From IMG/VR virus record IMGVR_UViG_3300005077_000058, positions 1 to 36,582 of that record: 36,582 nucleotides of DNA; one strand, written 5' to 3'. The DNA comes from a virus (taxonomy: Duplodnaviria; Caudoviricetes). The notes under the pieces were generated by a model, which saw nothing but the letters and a program-made list of their open reading frames with translations, had not been told where the DNA came from and made no database searches. Within the stretch, counting starts at the first letter, position 1. Each line of letters starts with the position of its first letter. Below are positions 1 to 8,265 of this stretch, piece after piece. The translations under genes were made by a program, and so were the position numbers.

Positions 1-99
1 TACTACTCCGCACTGCTTTCATGGAACCGGAAAGATAAAAAGGCCGAAATTAAACCAAAAACACTTTTAGAAAAAACACTTAAATCGTTTACAACATGA
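1..99 (+). CDS. C-terminal end of phage replication initiator (likely continuation of 36058..36582)
   Basis: Frame 1 reads YYSALLSWNRKDKKAEIKPKTLLEKTLKSFTT*. The TGA overlaps the helicase ATG (ATGA). The YY..LL.W.RKD motif is typical of initiator C-termini. Confidence 0.65.
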   Translation, partial: YYSALLSWNRKDKKAEIKPKTLLEKTLKSFTT

Positions 100-1319
100 T
101 TTACCCACACAATTTACAACTTGAAGCGGAAATTTTATGGCTATGTTTTTTTACAGAATCATTGCCACGCATAGCAAGTCTGTTATCCCCATCTGATTTT
201 TATAATAACATCAACAAAGAAAACTTTGTTGAAGCCATAAAGTCGTATAAAGAAAAGGGGTTTATAGATTTAAAAAACATTAAAAGCCTATATGCCTATG
301 ATGCAGAGTACGTAGCAGAATACATGGCAGACAAGCTATGTGCTGACTTACGAGATTTATCGAAACAGCGTGCATTGATGATCATGGCTGAAAAAGTTCC
401 ACAAGTAATCAAAGACAAAGGCTCAAAAGAAGCCGTTGAAAGCATTTTAAAAACTATAATTCATCTTACAAGAGCAACACAAAGCAAAAAAACAGATGCC
501 AAATCAGTTGCTGCAAAAGTGCATGAAATTTGGGTAAAAACAAAAGATCAGGAAATTGTTGGTATACCATGCGGATACAGTGAATTAGATAACTTTATCG
601 GAGGTATTCAGAGGGGTCACTTATGGGTTCTTGGTGGATATACTAACTACGGAAAAACAACACTGGCAATCAGCTTTATTACCCACCTAATGCGGATTAA
701 TGAACCACTTCTGTTTTGCTCTCTTGAAATGTCACAAGAACAGATTTTTGAAAAAATAGTTGCGAACATGACAAGGGAAACTCCTAACTGGAATCGCAAG
801 AATTGCTATGACAGAAAGGTTGTTGATGCTTACACCAAAGCCTCAAACAGCAATTTGGAAATTACTGATGACTTGTACACAGTCGAACAGATCGGAATGA
901 AAATTCAAGAGATGTCAATACGAGGCAACAAACCGCTGGTGGTGTTTATTGACTTCATCCAGAACATGCAGGGTGACAAAAAAACTGAATACGAACGCAT
1001 TACTAACAACATGATTGAACTGCAAAAAATGGCTAGAGAAATGGATGTTTGCATCTTTGTTCTATCCCAAGTTAACAATCAATCAGCTGAATTTAAATCC
1101 GAAATAATCGGGTTTAAGTCAAGCGGTGCCATAGCGGCGGCTGCTGATATTACAATTCAAATAATCAGAGACAAAGCGAAAGAACTGGAAAACGCAATAG
1201 AAGAAAAGAATATAACGATTGTTGATTTAGGGCTACTTGTACAAAAAAGCCGTCATGGTCGAGGCGGCTTTATGAAGCTTGATTTCGATATTACAAAGGG
1301 CCTCATTGTCGGACATTAA
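96..1319 (+). CDS. dnaB: Replicative DnaB-family helicase
   Basis: Walker A GGYTNYGKT, SLEMS, FIDFIQ (Walker B), LSQVN, SGAIAAAAD, KSRHG; N-terminal LSPSDFY; directly follows the initiator. Confidence 0.92.
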   Translation: MIYPHNLQLEAEILWLCFFTESLPRIASLLSPSDFYNNINKENFVEAIKSYKEKGFIDLKNIKSLYAYDAEYVAEYMADKLCADLRDLSKQRALMIMAEKVPQVIKDKGSKEAVESILKTIIHLTRATQSKKTDAKSVAAKVHEIWVKTKDQEIVGIPCGYSELDNFIGGIQRGHLWVLGGYTNYGKTTLAISFITHLMRINEPLLFCSLEMSQEQIFEKIVANMTRETPNWNRKNCYDRKVVDAYTKASNSNLEITDDLYTVEQIGMKIQEMSIRGNKPLVVFIDFIQNMQGDKKTEYERITNNMIELQKMAREMDVCIFVLSQVNNQSAEFKSEIIGFKSSGAIAAAADITIQIIRDKAKELENAIEEKNITIVDLGLLVQKSRHGRGGFMKLDFDITKGLIVGH

Positions 1320-1346
1320 ATATAAATATTTTTAACCATTTTTCAC

Positions 1347-2321
1347 ATGTTAATCAAAACATTTACACCAGAAACCCATAAAATCAAGGCATTAATTTAT
1401 GGGGCCGCAGGAAGCGGAAAAACTGTATTTACCGGAACAGCTGAAAAAGCAATCTACGCTTCAGCGGAAGGCGGTTTGTTATCTATTGCAGATAAAATGC
1501 CGCAATACACAGACATAAAAACACTAAAAGATTTACAGGATTTATATTTTTATTTGTTGAGCGAAAAACACGAATATGAAACAGTCATAATTGATTCAAT
1601 TACTGAAATAAATGAAATCATCAAGCTTGAAATAGAAAAACGATTAGGTCGCCCTATGCAGCTTCAAGACTGGGGAGAATTAAGCAAAAAAATCAGAGAT
1701 TTATTTAGAAAATTTCGTGATTTACCTATGAACGTAATTCTGATTGCCCAAGAATCATATGTAACAGATGAGGATAAAATCAGGAAAATTGTACCGTCAA
1801 TGAATGGTAAAGCCGCGACAGAAATAGCTTATTTCATGGATATTGTAGGCTATCTACACGTTGAATCTGACGGCAGCCGTTGGATTGAAACTTCATCAAA
1901 CAAGAAGTTATTGACTAAGGACAGATCAAAGATGATTGGGAATGACGCTCCTTTGAATTTCCCTGAATGGATTAATCGCATCCAAAAAATCAAGACAGCT
2001 AAACAAGAAACGGTTGTTGACTATACACCTGTACAGTCCAAACCTCAAAAGGTGGCTGCAACTAGCAATAATCAACACCTTAGAAGTCTACAATTGGAAC
2101 TAAAAAAACGTGGAGCAATTGACGCTGCGTCTGCTTTAAAAATGTTAAATGAAACACTTAAAACAGAATATATAAATTTGGCTTTAACTGAACAGGAAGC
2201 TAGCAAGGCTTTAATTCAATTATTACAAATCCCCTTACCCTCTGAATCAACTGATGAACCTATCGACAAAGAAAAACTGTTTAACATAGGAATGAAGAGG
2301 TCAAAAAGAACAAAAAAATAA
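1347..2321 (+). CDS. Sak4-like / AAA_24 P-loop ATPase (single-strand annealing recombinase)
   Basis: KALIYGAAGSGKT, ETVIIDSITE, QDWG, NVILIAQE, MDIVGYL, KDRS motifs. Confidence 0.85.
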   Translation: MLIKTFTPETHKIKALIYGAAGSGKTVFTGTAEKAIYASAEGGLLSIADKMPQYTDIKTLKDLQDLYFYLLSEKHEYETVIIDSITEINEIIKLEIEKRLGRPMQLQDWGELSKKIRDLFRKFRDLPMNVILIAQESYVTDEDKIRKIVPSMNGKAATEIAYFMDIVGYLHVESDGSRWIETSSNKKLLTKDRSKMIGNDAPLNFPEWINRIQKIKTAKQETVVDYTPVQSKPQKVAATSNNQHLRSLQLELKKRGAIDAASALKMLNETLKTEYINLALTEQEASKALIQLLQIPLPSESTDEPIDKEKLFNIGMKRSKRTKK

Positions 2322-2343
2322 ATATAATTTTAATTTAAAAAAA

Positions 2344-3132
2344 ATGGCAAACATAGAGATAACCTCACATTATAACGACACAGTGAAAATCAAATTTTAT
2401 GTCGATTCTCATCGTTACCAGATCGACGGACGGAAAGATTATTTGATAGGAGTGACAACAGCGACCGGACAAATGGATAAAAGCCGTGCATTGCTTATAT
2501 GGGCTTCACGCCTCACAAGGGATCATTTGTTGGAAGCCTTAAATAAAGAACAACAAATAACCCAACAACTCATAGAAGAAGCTTGCAATCTTTACAACGC
2601 AAAACGTGAAGAAGCTGCAACATCCGGCACGTTGGTACATGATTGGGCTGAAAGGTACATCAAGGGTGAAAATCCTGAAGTTCCGGAAGATGAAAACGTG
2701 AGAAATGGCGTTATTGCTTTCCTGAAATGGGTTAATGAAAACGGCATTAAGTTTTTAGCTAGCGAAAAAAGAGTTTATAGCAAAAAACATGAATATGCTG
2801 GAACTATGGATTGTATTTTTACTATGGCTAAGGAGGATCACAAGATTATTCATGCTGGAGATTTCAAGACTTCCTCCGGATTCTACATAGAAATGCCCAT
2901 GCAGGTTTCAGCCTATCAAGAAGCAGAGACTGAAGAACACGGAACTCAATACGATGACAAATACATCATCAAATTTGATAAAACTACAGGAGAATTTGAA
3001 GTTAAATGTTTCCCTGCTTCCGAACACAAACAACATTTTCAAGGATTTCTGGCTTGTTTGCAACTTAAAAAGTTGGCTAAAGAATGGGATAAAATTCATG
3101 GCTACTATGCCAAGAAACCCGCATTAATTTAA
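2344..3132 (+). CDS. PD-(D/E)XK exonuclease (phage recombination nuclease)
   Basis: HRY, GVTT, GTLVHDWAE, YAGTMD, DFKTS, QVSAY motifs; adjacent to Sak4. Confidence 0.85.
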   Translation: MANIEITSHYNDTVKIKFYVDSHRYQIDGRKDYLIGVTTATGQMDKSRALLIWASRLTRDHLLEALNKEQQITQQLIEEACNLYNAKREEAATSGTLVHDWAERYIKGENPEVPEDENVRNGVIAFLKWVNENGIKFLASEKRVYSKKHEYAGTMDCIFTMAKEDHKIIHAGDFKTSSGFYIEMPMQVSAYQEAETEEHGTQYDDKYIIKFDKTTGEFEVKCFPASEHKQHFQGFLACLQLKKLAKEWDKIHGYYAKKPALI

Positions 3133-3167
3133 ATAAATCATTTTATTTTTTAACTAAATCAAAAAAA

Positions 3168-3605
3168 ATGATTAATTACAAACCCACAAAATACAAAGAA
3201 CTCAAAGGAGAGTTTCAAGCAATAATCACTTCAGTAGAAGTTGAGGAAAACAGGTTTTATGACCCCTTAAAAGAGAATTCAACAGAAAATGTTTTAACCT
3301 TAGTTTTTGAGTTAATAGACCCTATATCTCTTGATCCGCTTGAATTTACACAAAAATTTGTCGCTCCTCTTACTGGAGGAAAGGGATTATTCCAAAAGCT
3401 TATGGATATAAAAGGAGAACTTCCTGACATGGACGGCGGTAGTTTTGATGAACAAAAATTTGTAGGAATGAGGCTAGTTGTTACATTCGATAAAAATAAA
3501 AAAGGATATGACACGATTACTGACGTAAAACCAGCCACTATCGGAAATGTGAAGGAATCAGCTCCAATTATAGAGGAAGGCCCTACAGATTTACCTTTTG
3601 ATTAA
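3168..3605 (+). CDS. Putative single-stranded DNA-binding protein
   Basis: Beta-rich OB-like pattern, acidic C-terminal tail ending DLPFD, position in recombination module. Confidence 0.65.
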   Translation: MINYKPTKYKELKGEFQAIITSVEVEENRFYDPLKENSTENVLTLVFELIDPISLDPLEFTQKFVAPLTGGKGLFQKLMDIKGELPDMDGGSFDEQKFVGMRLVVTFDKNKKGYDTITDVKPATIGNVKESAPIIEEGPTDLPFD

Positions 3606-3854
3606 ATGATAGCCACTGAACAAGCCAAAAACAGAACATTAAAAGAAAATAAATATTATCACGGCGTTATGTGCGCGTTGATAATCAGATATAGAAATCT
3701 GAAAAAAGATGAAGCGCATGAATGGATAAAGTTTACTTTCGGGATAGAAAGCACCGCTTCACTTACAACTACAGAATTTGAGGAACTAACAGAGAACGTA
3801 AGACGACATACAGAGAAATATTGGAATTTAATTATTCCACTACCAAACGAATAA
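3606..3854 (+). CDS. NinB/Orf-like small protein
   Basis: RTLKENKYYHGV and STASLTTTEFEEL...IPLPNE pattern. Confidence 0.6.
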   Translation: MIATEQAKNRTLKENKYYHGVMCALIIRYRNLKKDEAHEWIKFTFGIESTASLTTTEFEELTENVRRHTEKYWNLIIPLPNE

Positions 3855-3889
3855 GAGGCAATCGACCGCTCATTGACAATCCGGATTAA

Positions 3890-3963
3890 TGCTGCCCTGT
3901 ACGAGCGATAGCGGAGGTATCAGCTAGTCGCTGGTATGTACTCAATCACACGGCAGGGCGGCA
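3890..3963 (+). ncRNA. Candidate structured intergenic RNA
   Basis: Outer helix 3890-3900/3953-3963 (11 bp, two G-U); inner helix AGCGATAGC 3904-3912 / GCTAGTCGCT 3923-3932 with one bulged G. Confidence 0.45.
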
Positions 3964-3985
3964 CTTTATATCTTAACACTCACTT

Positions 3986-4087
3986 ATGGACAAACTAATA
4001 CGTACCATCAAGGACATCATGCTGTACAGCATGGCAGCAATGTTGATCTGGATGGTGGCCGAAAGGCTTGTACTCTTATTTATATAA
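3986..4087 (+). CDS. 33-aa hydrophobic microprotein (MDKLIRTIKDIMLYSMAAMLIWMVAERLVLLFI)
   Basis: Hand-translated; fills the gap in a tightly packed + strand operon; one TM-like stretch. Confidence 0.5.
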   Translation: MDKLIRTIKDIMLYSMAAMLIWMVAERLVLLFI

Positions 4088-4096
4088 TTATTAAAA

Positions 4097-4309
4097 ATGA
4101 AAATCGTAATCACAGACAAAAAAGCAAAAATGGATGGCCATCCAGCACAACTAGCAGCAATCCTGACATTAGTACTCAGTCAGTTGCTGGATAAAATTCC
4201 ATCTCTACGCAAGGATGTCATCGAACAACTCCAGTGTAAAAACAATGCAGAAAGAATTTCTGCAAGCGATAAAAAACTAAAACAAATCGCCAAAAAGCTC
4301 AAGCAATAA
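4097..4309 (+). CDS. Hypothetical protein
   Basis: ORF track; operon packing. Confidence 0.6.
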   Translation: MKIVITDKKAKMDGHPAQLAAILTLVLSQLLDKIPSLRKDVIEQLQCKNNAERISASDKKLKQIAKKLKQ

Positions 4310-4318
4310 CCAATCACT

Positions 4319-4390
4319 ATGTGGATTTTCGGTTTACTGGCAGCCATATATTGGACTGTCGGAATTATCATATTAACAAAACAAAAATGA
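4319..4390 (+). CDS. 23-aa membrane microprotein (MWIFGLLAAIYWTVGIIILTKQK)
   Basis: Hand-translated; ATGA overlap with the next start at 4387. Confidence 0.45.
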   Translation: MWIFGLLAAIYWTVGIIILTKQK

Positions 4391-4782
4391 CTAACGCAAA
4401 AAATATCTCCCCAGAAGATAATCAATTATCTCTTGAGGAGAAGGGCAACGAACCCAGGTTATCTAACCAGAAAAAGAAACTAACTGCAAGACAAAAAGAC
4501 ATCATAGGAGTGGCAGTGATCATTCTCACATGTGTCTGGTTATATTTCTTTCTGGGATTCACGCAGGAACTAAAAGGCCAGCATAAGGCAGCGCTGGATC
4601 AATGGGAAGTCTCACACATGCAAATCCAAGAAACTAAAAGAGCTTTACTGCTACAAGAATGCGAATCGGAGAAGACCGGAGCTTCATTAAAACTCATAGC
4701 AGCTTCACATGACGAGATCGTATTGTCTTCTGGTGATTTTCAAAGGTTGGCAGATAAAAAGGGTATGGCGTGCGATTTTTAG
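4387..4782 (+). CDS. Single-TM coiled-coil protein (start revised from 4321)
   Basis: ATG at 4387 is coupled to the upstream stop; TM segment IIGVAVIILTCVWLYFFLGF then a helical region. Confidence 0.65.
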   Translation: MTNAKNISPEDNQLSLEEKGNEPRLSNQKKKLTARQKDIIGVAVIILTCVWLYFFLGFTQELKGQHKAALDQWEVSHMQIQETKRALLLQECESEKTGASLKLIAASHDEIVLSSGDFQRLADKKGMACDF

Positions 4783-5147
4783 CCGCCAGAACCGAGGCTC
4801 TAAAACCTACTGCACCTGAAGCTACAAAGCTAGAGCCGCAATCATATGATATAGACAAGCTCGCCTACGCTGTAGCCATGGCAGAGACAAAGGATTGCAC
4901 CAAGGGTATGGGTGTAACGAAAAATAACTGCTTCGGCATCATGCAGTTTCGGAACGGCAAAAGAATCGGCGGAAAAACGTATGCAACTAAAGAGGCGAGC
5001 TATGTTGATTTTAAGGATTTATGGCAACGCAAGTATAAAGCATACCCCAACGAATATTTAGCTAAATGCTGGGTAAATGGATGTAGCAGTAAGGAGGTTC
5101 CCTACGACTGGCTATATCGAGTTAATTATTATTACAACAAACAATAA
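4770..5147 (+). CDS. Lysozyme-like / glucosaminidase (GH73-like) domain protein
   Basis: AVAMAET (catalytic Glu helix), KNNCFGI and C-terminal W..RV..YY pattern; weak GTG start. Confidence 0.65.
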   Translation: MRFLAARTEALKPTAPEATKLEPQSYDIDKLAYAVAMAETKDCTKGMGVTKNNCFGIMQFRNGKRIGGKTYATKEASYVDFKDLWQRKYKAYPNEYLAKCWVNGCSSKEVPYDWLYRVNYYYNKQ

Positions 5148-5148
5148 A

Positions 5149-5361
5149 ATGCGTGAATTATTAAAGGCTGCTGGTACTGTATTGGCACTGTTGCTTATGA
5201 TTGGAGTACTGGGCTTGTTGATCAATATTACAATAGACATTACATATCTATTATTCAACAATTACAGAGTAGTAGTGATTGTAACTATTGTGTTTTGGGC
5301 GTTTGTGCTTTTTACTCCTTTAGTTTATTTCCGTAATAAAAAAAATGAAATTCAAGATTAA
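5149..5361 (+). CDS. Two-TM membrane protein (start revised from 5077)
   Basis: ATG at 5149 just after the upstream stop; two hydrophobic segments. Confidence 0.6.
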   Translation: MRELLKAAGTVLALLLMIGVLGLLINITIDITYLLFNNYRVVVIVTIVFWAFVLFTPLVYFRNKKNEIQD

Positions 5362-5692
5362 CACCAAACCAGTAAACTTCAATCACGCCTACAGGAAGCG
5401 TGGCAACGGATATGGGATGTTCATGACGCAGGAAGGACAGGATTATAAGGAACTCTTACGCCTATCAGCAATCAACGCCGGAGGTACTATGTACAGCACA
5501 CCAGTAGTGTCACTCACATTTACCTTCGGCGATAAAAGAAAACATGATATAGACGGCTGTATCAAACTGACGCTCGATTCATTTGAGGGCGTACTATATG
5601 AGGATGATAATGACGTGCAGGAATTACATGTTTATAAGCAATACGACAAAAATAATCCATCGGTAGAGGTCGAAATCAACCATTTACAATAA
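5345..5692 (+). CDS. rusA: RusA-family Holliday junction resolvase
   Basis: N..YR, DIDGCIKLTLDSFEGVLYEDDNDV matches the RusA D.DN..K...D.L.G....DD..V motif. Confidence 0.9.
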   Translation: MKFKINTKPVNFNHAYRKRGNGYGMFMTQEGQDYKELLRLSAINAGGTMYSTPVVSLTFTFGDKRKHDIDGCIKLTLDSFEGVLYEDDNDVQELHVYKQYDKNNPSVEVEINHLQ

Positions 5693-5704
5693 TAACTCAA
5701 AAAC

Positions 5705-5923
5705 ATGAAAATCGAAAAAACCATAACCGCCATTGTTCTTGGCTTGATAGGCAGCTTTGCATTTTTTGGCCTAATATCATTTATTGATGATGTTTATGTG
5801 GCTTATTTTACGAAGCACTGGAATCATCGCGTGGTAATACAGGCGGATGCGGTTACCTCCTTGAAAGCCACATATATTGTTGACGGCACAACAAACCAAT
5901 ATTCATATAACCAACAACCATGA
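5705..5923 (+). CDS. Small membrane-anchored hypothetical protein
   Basis: N-terminal TM; ATGA coupling. Confidence 0.6.
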   Translation: MKIEKTITAIVLGLIGSFAFFGLISFIDDVYVAYFTKHWNHRVVIQADAVTSLKATYIVDGTTNQYSYNQQP

Positions 5924-6198
5924 ACAAACTAACAGAAGCCAAGCGCGAGGTACTGATCGCGCAGGAGATCATCAACAAGGAGCCGGACAATGAAACTACG
6001 CTCCGGCGCAGGATGGAAATCAGGAACAAAATCCAGATCCTCACCGGTATAGAGCACGGCATCAAGTATGAATATGTAGATGCTCAATGGGTGGAAGAAG
6101 GGCTGGCCGAGGTTATCCAGATAGTCCGCAGGATGATTGAGGAACGGGATTATGTCGGACATTCTACAGGAGCGTTACCGTTTAACAATCTCAAATGA
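5920..6198 (+). CDS. Hypothetical protein
   Basis: ATGA coupling on both sides. Confidence 0.65.
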   Translation: MNKLTEAKREVLIAQEIINKEPDNETTLRRRMEIRNKIQILTGIEHGIKYEYVDAQWVEEGLAEVIQIVRRMIEERDYVGHSTGALPFNNLK

Positions 6199-6434
6199 AA
6201 ACCTATAAAGAATACAAAGACATTGTTATGAATGATGAAGCAGATGAAAAACAGGCGGCCATAATGGAAAAAGCATGGGAGAAAGATATTTGCTACGTGG
6301 ACGGCACTATTAGACAAGATTTACTTAAACAGTGCGGTAAGGGCTTGAAAGCTTTTATCCGCAACGAGAAAGCCAAATCCAGAGAAGAAGGCTACAATGA
6401 AGGCTATCAGGCCGGAGCAATGGAAAGAATTTAA
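6195..6434 (+). CDS. Hypothetical protein
   Basis: ATGA coupling; C-terminal EEGYNEGYQAG motif common in phage small proteins. Confidence 0.65.
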   Translation: MKTYKEYKDIVMNDEADEKQAAIMEKAWEKDICYVDGTIRQDLLKQCGKGLKAFIRNEKAKSREEGYNEGYQAGAMERI

Positions 6435-6453
6435 TTTATAACCAACAATCAAT

Positions 6454-6702
6454 ATGATAACGCATAATTTAAAAATCGAAGAAAGGTGGGGAAGAAGAAT
6501 CGAGAACGGAACAAAAACCTGTGAGCTTCGGAAAAATGATAGGGATTTTCAATGTGGCGATTTAATCCATTTTACCAATACAAATGGAGAGCCATTGCAG
6601 CATATTGCCCTTCATGTAATTACTCACGTTTTGCAGGGCGTGTATGGGTTGCAGGACGGATTCTGTGTCTTATCTTTACAAAGTTACAACCAGTCAACAT
6701 GA
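6454..6702 (+). CDS. ASCH/PUA-like (DUF3850-type) protein
   Basis: HNLKI...GTKTCELRKNDRDFQCGD...ITHV...GL..GFCVLS. Confidence 0.85.
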   Translation: MITHNLKIEERWGRRIENGTKTCELRKNDRDFQCGDLIHFTNTNGEPLQHIALHVITHVLQGVYGLQDGFCVLSLQSYNQST

Positions 6703-6917
6703 CCAACAATAACTGGGAGGAGCTTTTCCAAGCTGAACGTGAGAGGGTTAAGCTAACCAATAAAGACTGGATTCAAATCCTCAAGACAGCCATAGAATCA
6801 CGCCCGACATCATGGGTGAAAAACCCTGTGATAGAATGGAGAAATGCCGCGGATGAGCTTATGCTGGCGCATGAACAAGCCATTAACCAACCCGCCAAAC
6901 CCTCAGCGGAATTATGA
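6699..6917 (+). CDS. Hypothetical protein (start revised from 6552)
   Basis: ATG at 6699 overlaps the upstream TGA. Confidence 0.55.
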   Translation: MTNNNWEELFQAERERVKLTNKDWIQILKTAIESRPTSWVKNPVIEWRNAADELMLAHEQAINQPAKPSAEL

Positions 6918-6934
6918 GGGGTAACTAATTTTTT

Positions 6935-7063
6935 ATGGCAAAATATGGATATTGTGAAAATTGCGGTTGCACCATTGAGGCTGTTGGGTGTCCGAACTGT
7001 GATGAAATAGAAGTTTCCGAATATTATGATAGATTAAGCGAGAAAAATAGAAACGAGTATTAG
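6935..7063 (+). CDS. 42-aa Zn-ribbon microprotein (MAKYGYCENCGCTIEAVGCPNCDEIEVSEYYDRLSEKNRNEY)
   Basis: Hand-translated; CxxC-x8-CxxC. Confidence 0.65.
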   Translation: MAKYGYCENCGCTIEAVGCPNCDEIEVSEYYDRLSEKNRNEY

Positions 7064-7306
7064 ATCCCCCCTCGGCTCTACGGAGTCGGGATGTGGAATA
7101 AACGTACCTATGATGATGCTTTCGGCGCTTAATAGAGAAGCTACTTACCATTATAGGTCTCCACACGCCAGCTCGACAAAACGCCTATAAGGCGAAACAA
7201 AAAGCTGGTAATATTAAAACAGTGGACTCCCACTAAATAAGTAGCCAGCAATAAGTGGGATCGGCCATCGAAGACGAAAACAAGTCCATCTGGCTATCAT
7301 GGGGGT
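7064..7306 (+). ncRNA. Candidate ~240-nt multi-helix structured RNA with pseudoknot
   Basis: At least seven nested helices with G-U pairs on the + strand, a C(UACG)G tetraloop and an 8-bp loop-tail pseudoknot (see findings). Confidence 0.6.
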
Positions 7307-7668
7307 GTGAACGTGTTCGGCTCGGATTCTTTGATCAGACTACCGCCCACTGGTTGAAGCAGTATCTAATTAGGAGGCATGATAACGAAAACTGTTTGTG
7401 GATTAATTTAAGGGCAATAAACGGCAGCCAAAGACTCTCTATAGTATCGATGCAGCGGATAGTTAGATCATACTGTCAAATCTTCGATAAACACGTTACA
7501 TGCCACACTCTCCGGCATTCGTACGCTACCAAGGTTTATGAAAAAACAAACGATATTCGTTTGACTCAAGATCTACTCGGCCATAAGAACATAATGACCA
7601 CGCAGATTTATACCCACATCAAGGATTCTCGGAAGAAAGACGCTTATAATACCGTTTTCGAAGATTGA
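7255..7668 (+). pseudogene. Truncated XerC/D-like tyrosine recombinase (C-terminal half only)
   Basis: HTLRHSYAT, LLGH and TTQIYTH are present; the first catalytic Arg motif and N-terminal domain are absent; the GKG.K motif is degenerate. Confidence 0.75.
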
Positions 7669-7780
7669 AGTCATGTTTCTCCACCACCTCGCGGATACGT
7701 CTTTGCATTAACCAATCGGCGCGTCTCAAGCCAATAGTCCGGGGATCTTCAATTTCGGGTTTGTAGGGTTTTATTATCAT
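7619..7780 (-). CDS. 53-aa basic hypothetical protein (MIIKPYKPEIEDPRTIGLRRADWLMQRR...)
   Basis: Hand-translated; ATGA-coupled to the peptidase stop. Confidence 0.5.
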   Translation of the reverse strand: MIIKPYKPEIEDPRTIGLRRADWLMQRRIREVVEKHDFNLRKRYYKRLSSENP

Positions 7781-8265
7781 TTTTTTGACTTAATCCATGT
7801 TGGAACTGGGATTTTAAGTTTACCTATCCATGAAGGTTCTGGAATGGACTGTTTTTGTGGCAGAAAAGAAGCATACCCTGTTATATTGTCGTATCTGGTA
7901 GACAAAGCCTCCTTTCCATCCCAAGGATCTAAAATCTTATAAATGCCTTTATCAAGCCCAACTCCAACAACCCAATGGCAATGGTCCACTTCAAGTAACA
8001 AGGGTAATTCAGATGTTTTTGGTGCGCTGTAACCTCTCCAAATGAACTTAAACCCCATTACCTTTTCGATTGACTGCCAGATAATCAGACCTTGTTTCGT
8101 AAATGTGAGCTTCTTTGCGAGTACCGGAGGCGTGATATACGGCCCCCATTGAGACGAGAGCATGGACAAGCTCGTGATGGTGCAACCGTATCTACCAATA
8201 GTGAGTCCTGATTTACCGATTGTTTCCTTGGCCCAAAGCGGATCTCTTTGACAAAGTATTTTCAT
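7777..8265 (-). CDS. Peptidase C39-like cysteine peptidase, probable endolysin
   Basis: QRDPLW...IGRYGCTITSLSM (Cys), HWVV (His), ILDPW (Asp). Confidence 0.8.
   Translation of the reverse strand: MKILCQRDPLWAKETIGKSGLTIGRYGCTITSLSMLSSQWGPYITPPVLAKKLTFTKQGLIIWQSIEKVMGFKFIWRGYSAPKTSELPLLLEVDHCHWVVGVGLDKGIYKILDPWDGKEALSTRYDNITGYASFLPQKQSIPEPSWIGKLKIPVPTWIKSKK

Noticed and set aside
2344-3132. Cas4 adaptation nuclease belonging to the Cas locus
   Set aside because: No four-Cys Fe-S pattern; it sits in a Sak4-exonuclease-SSB recombination module far from the csf genes.
7167-7209. Hammerhead ribozyme (stem followed by GAAAC)
   Set aside because: The CUGANGA core is absent at the required position.
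7064-7306. Group I intron or tmRNA identity for the structured RNA
   Set aside because: The GACT/AGTC pairing is P7-like, but I could not build the P3-P4-P6 order; no tmRNA acceptor/T-arm ends.
7679-7686. CTCCACCA as a tRNA/tmRNA 3' end or attP core after the recombinase
   Set aside because: No T-arm upstream, and it lies in a plausible minus-strand ORF (7619-7780).
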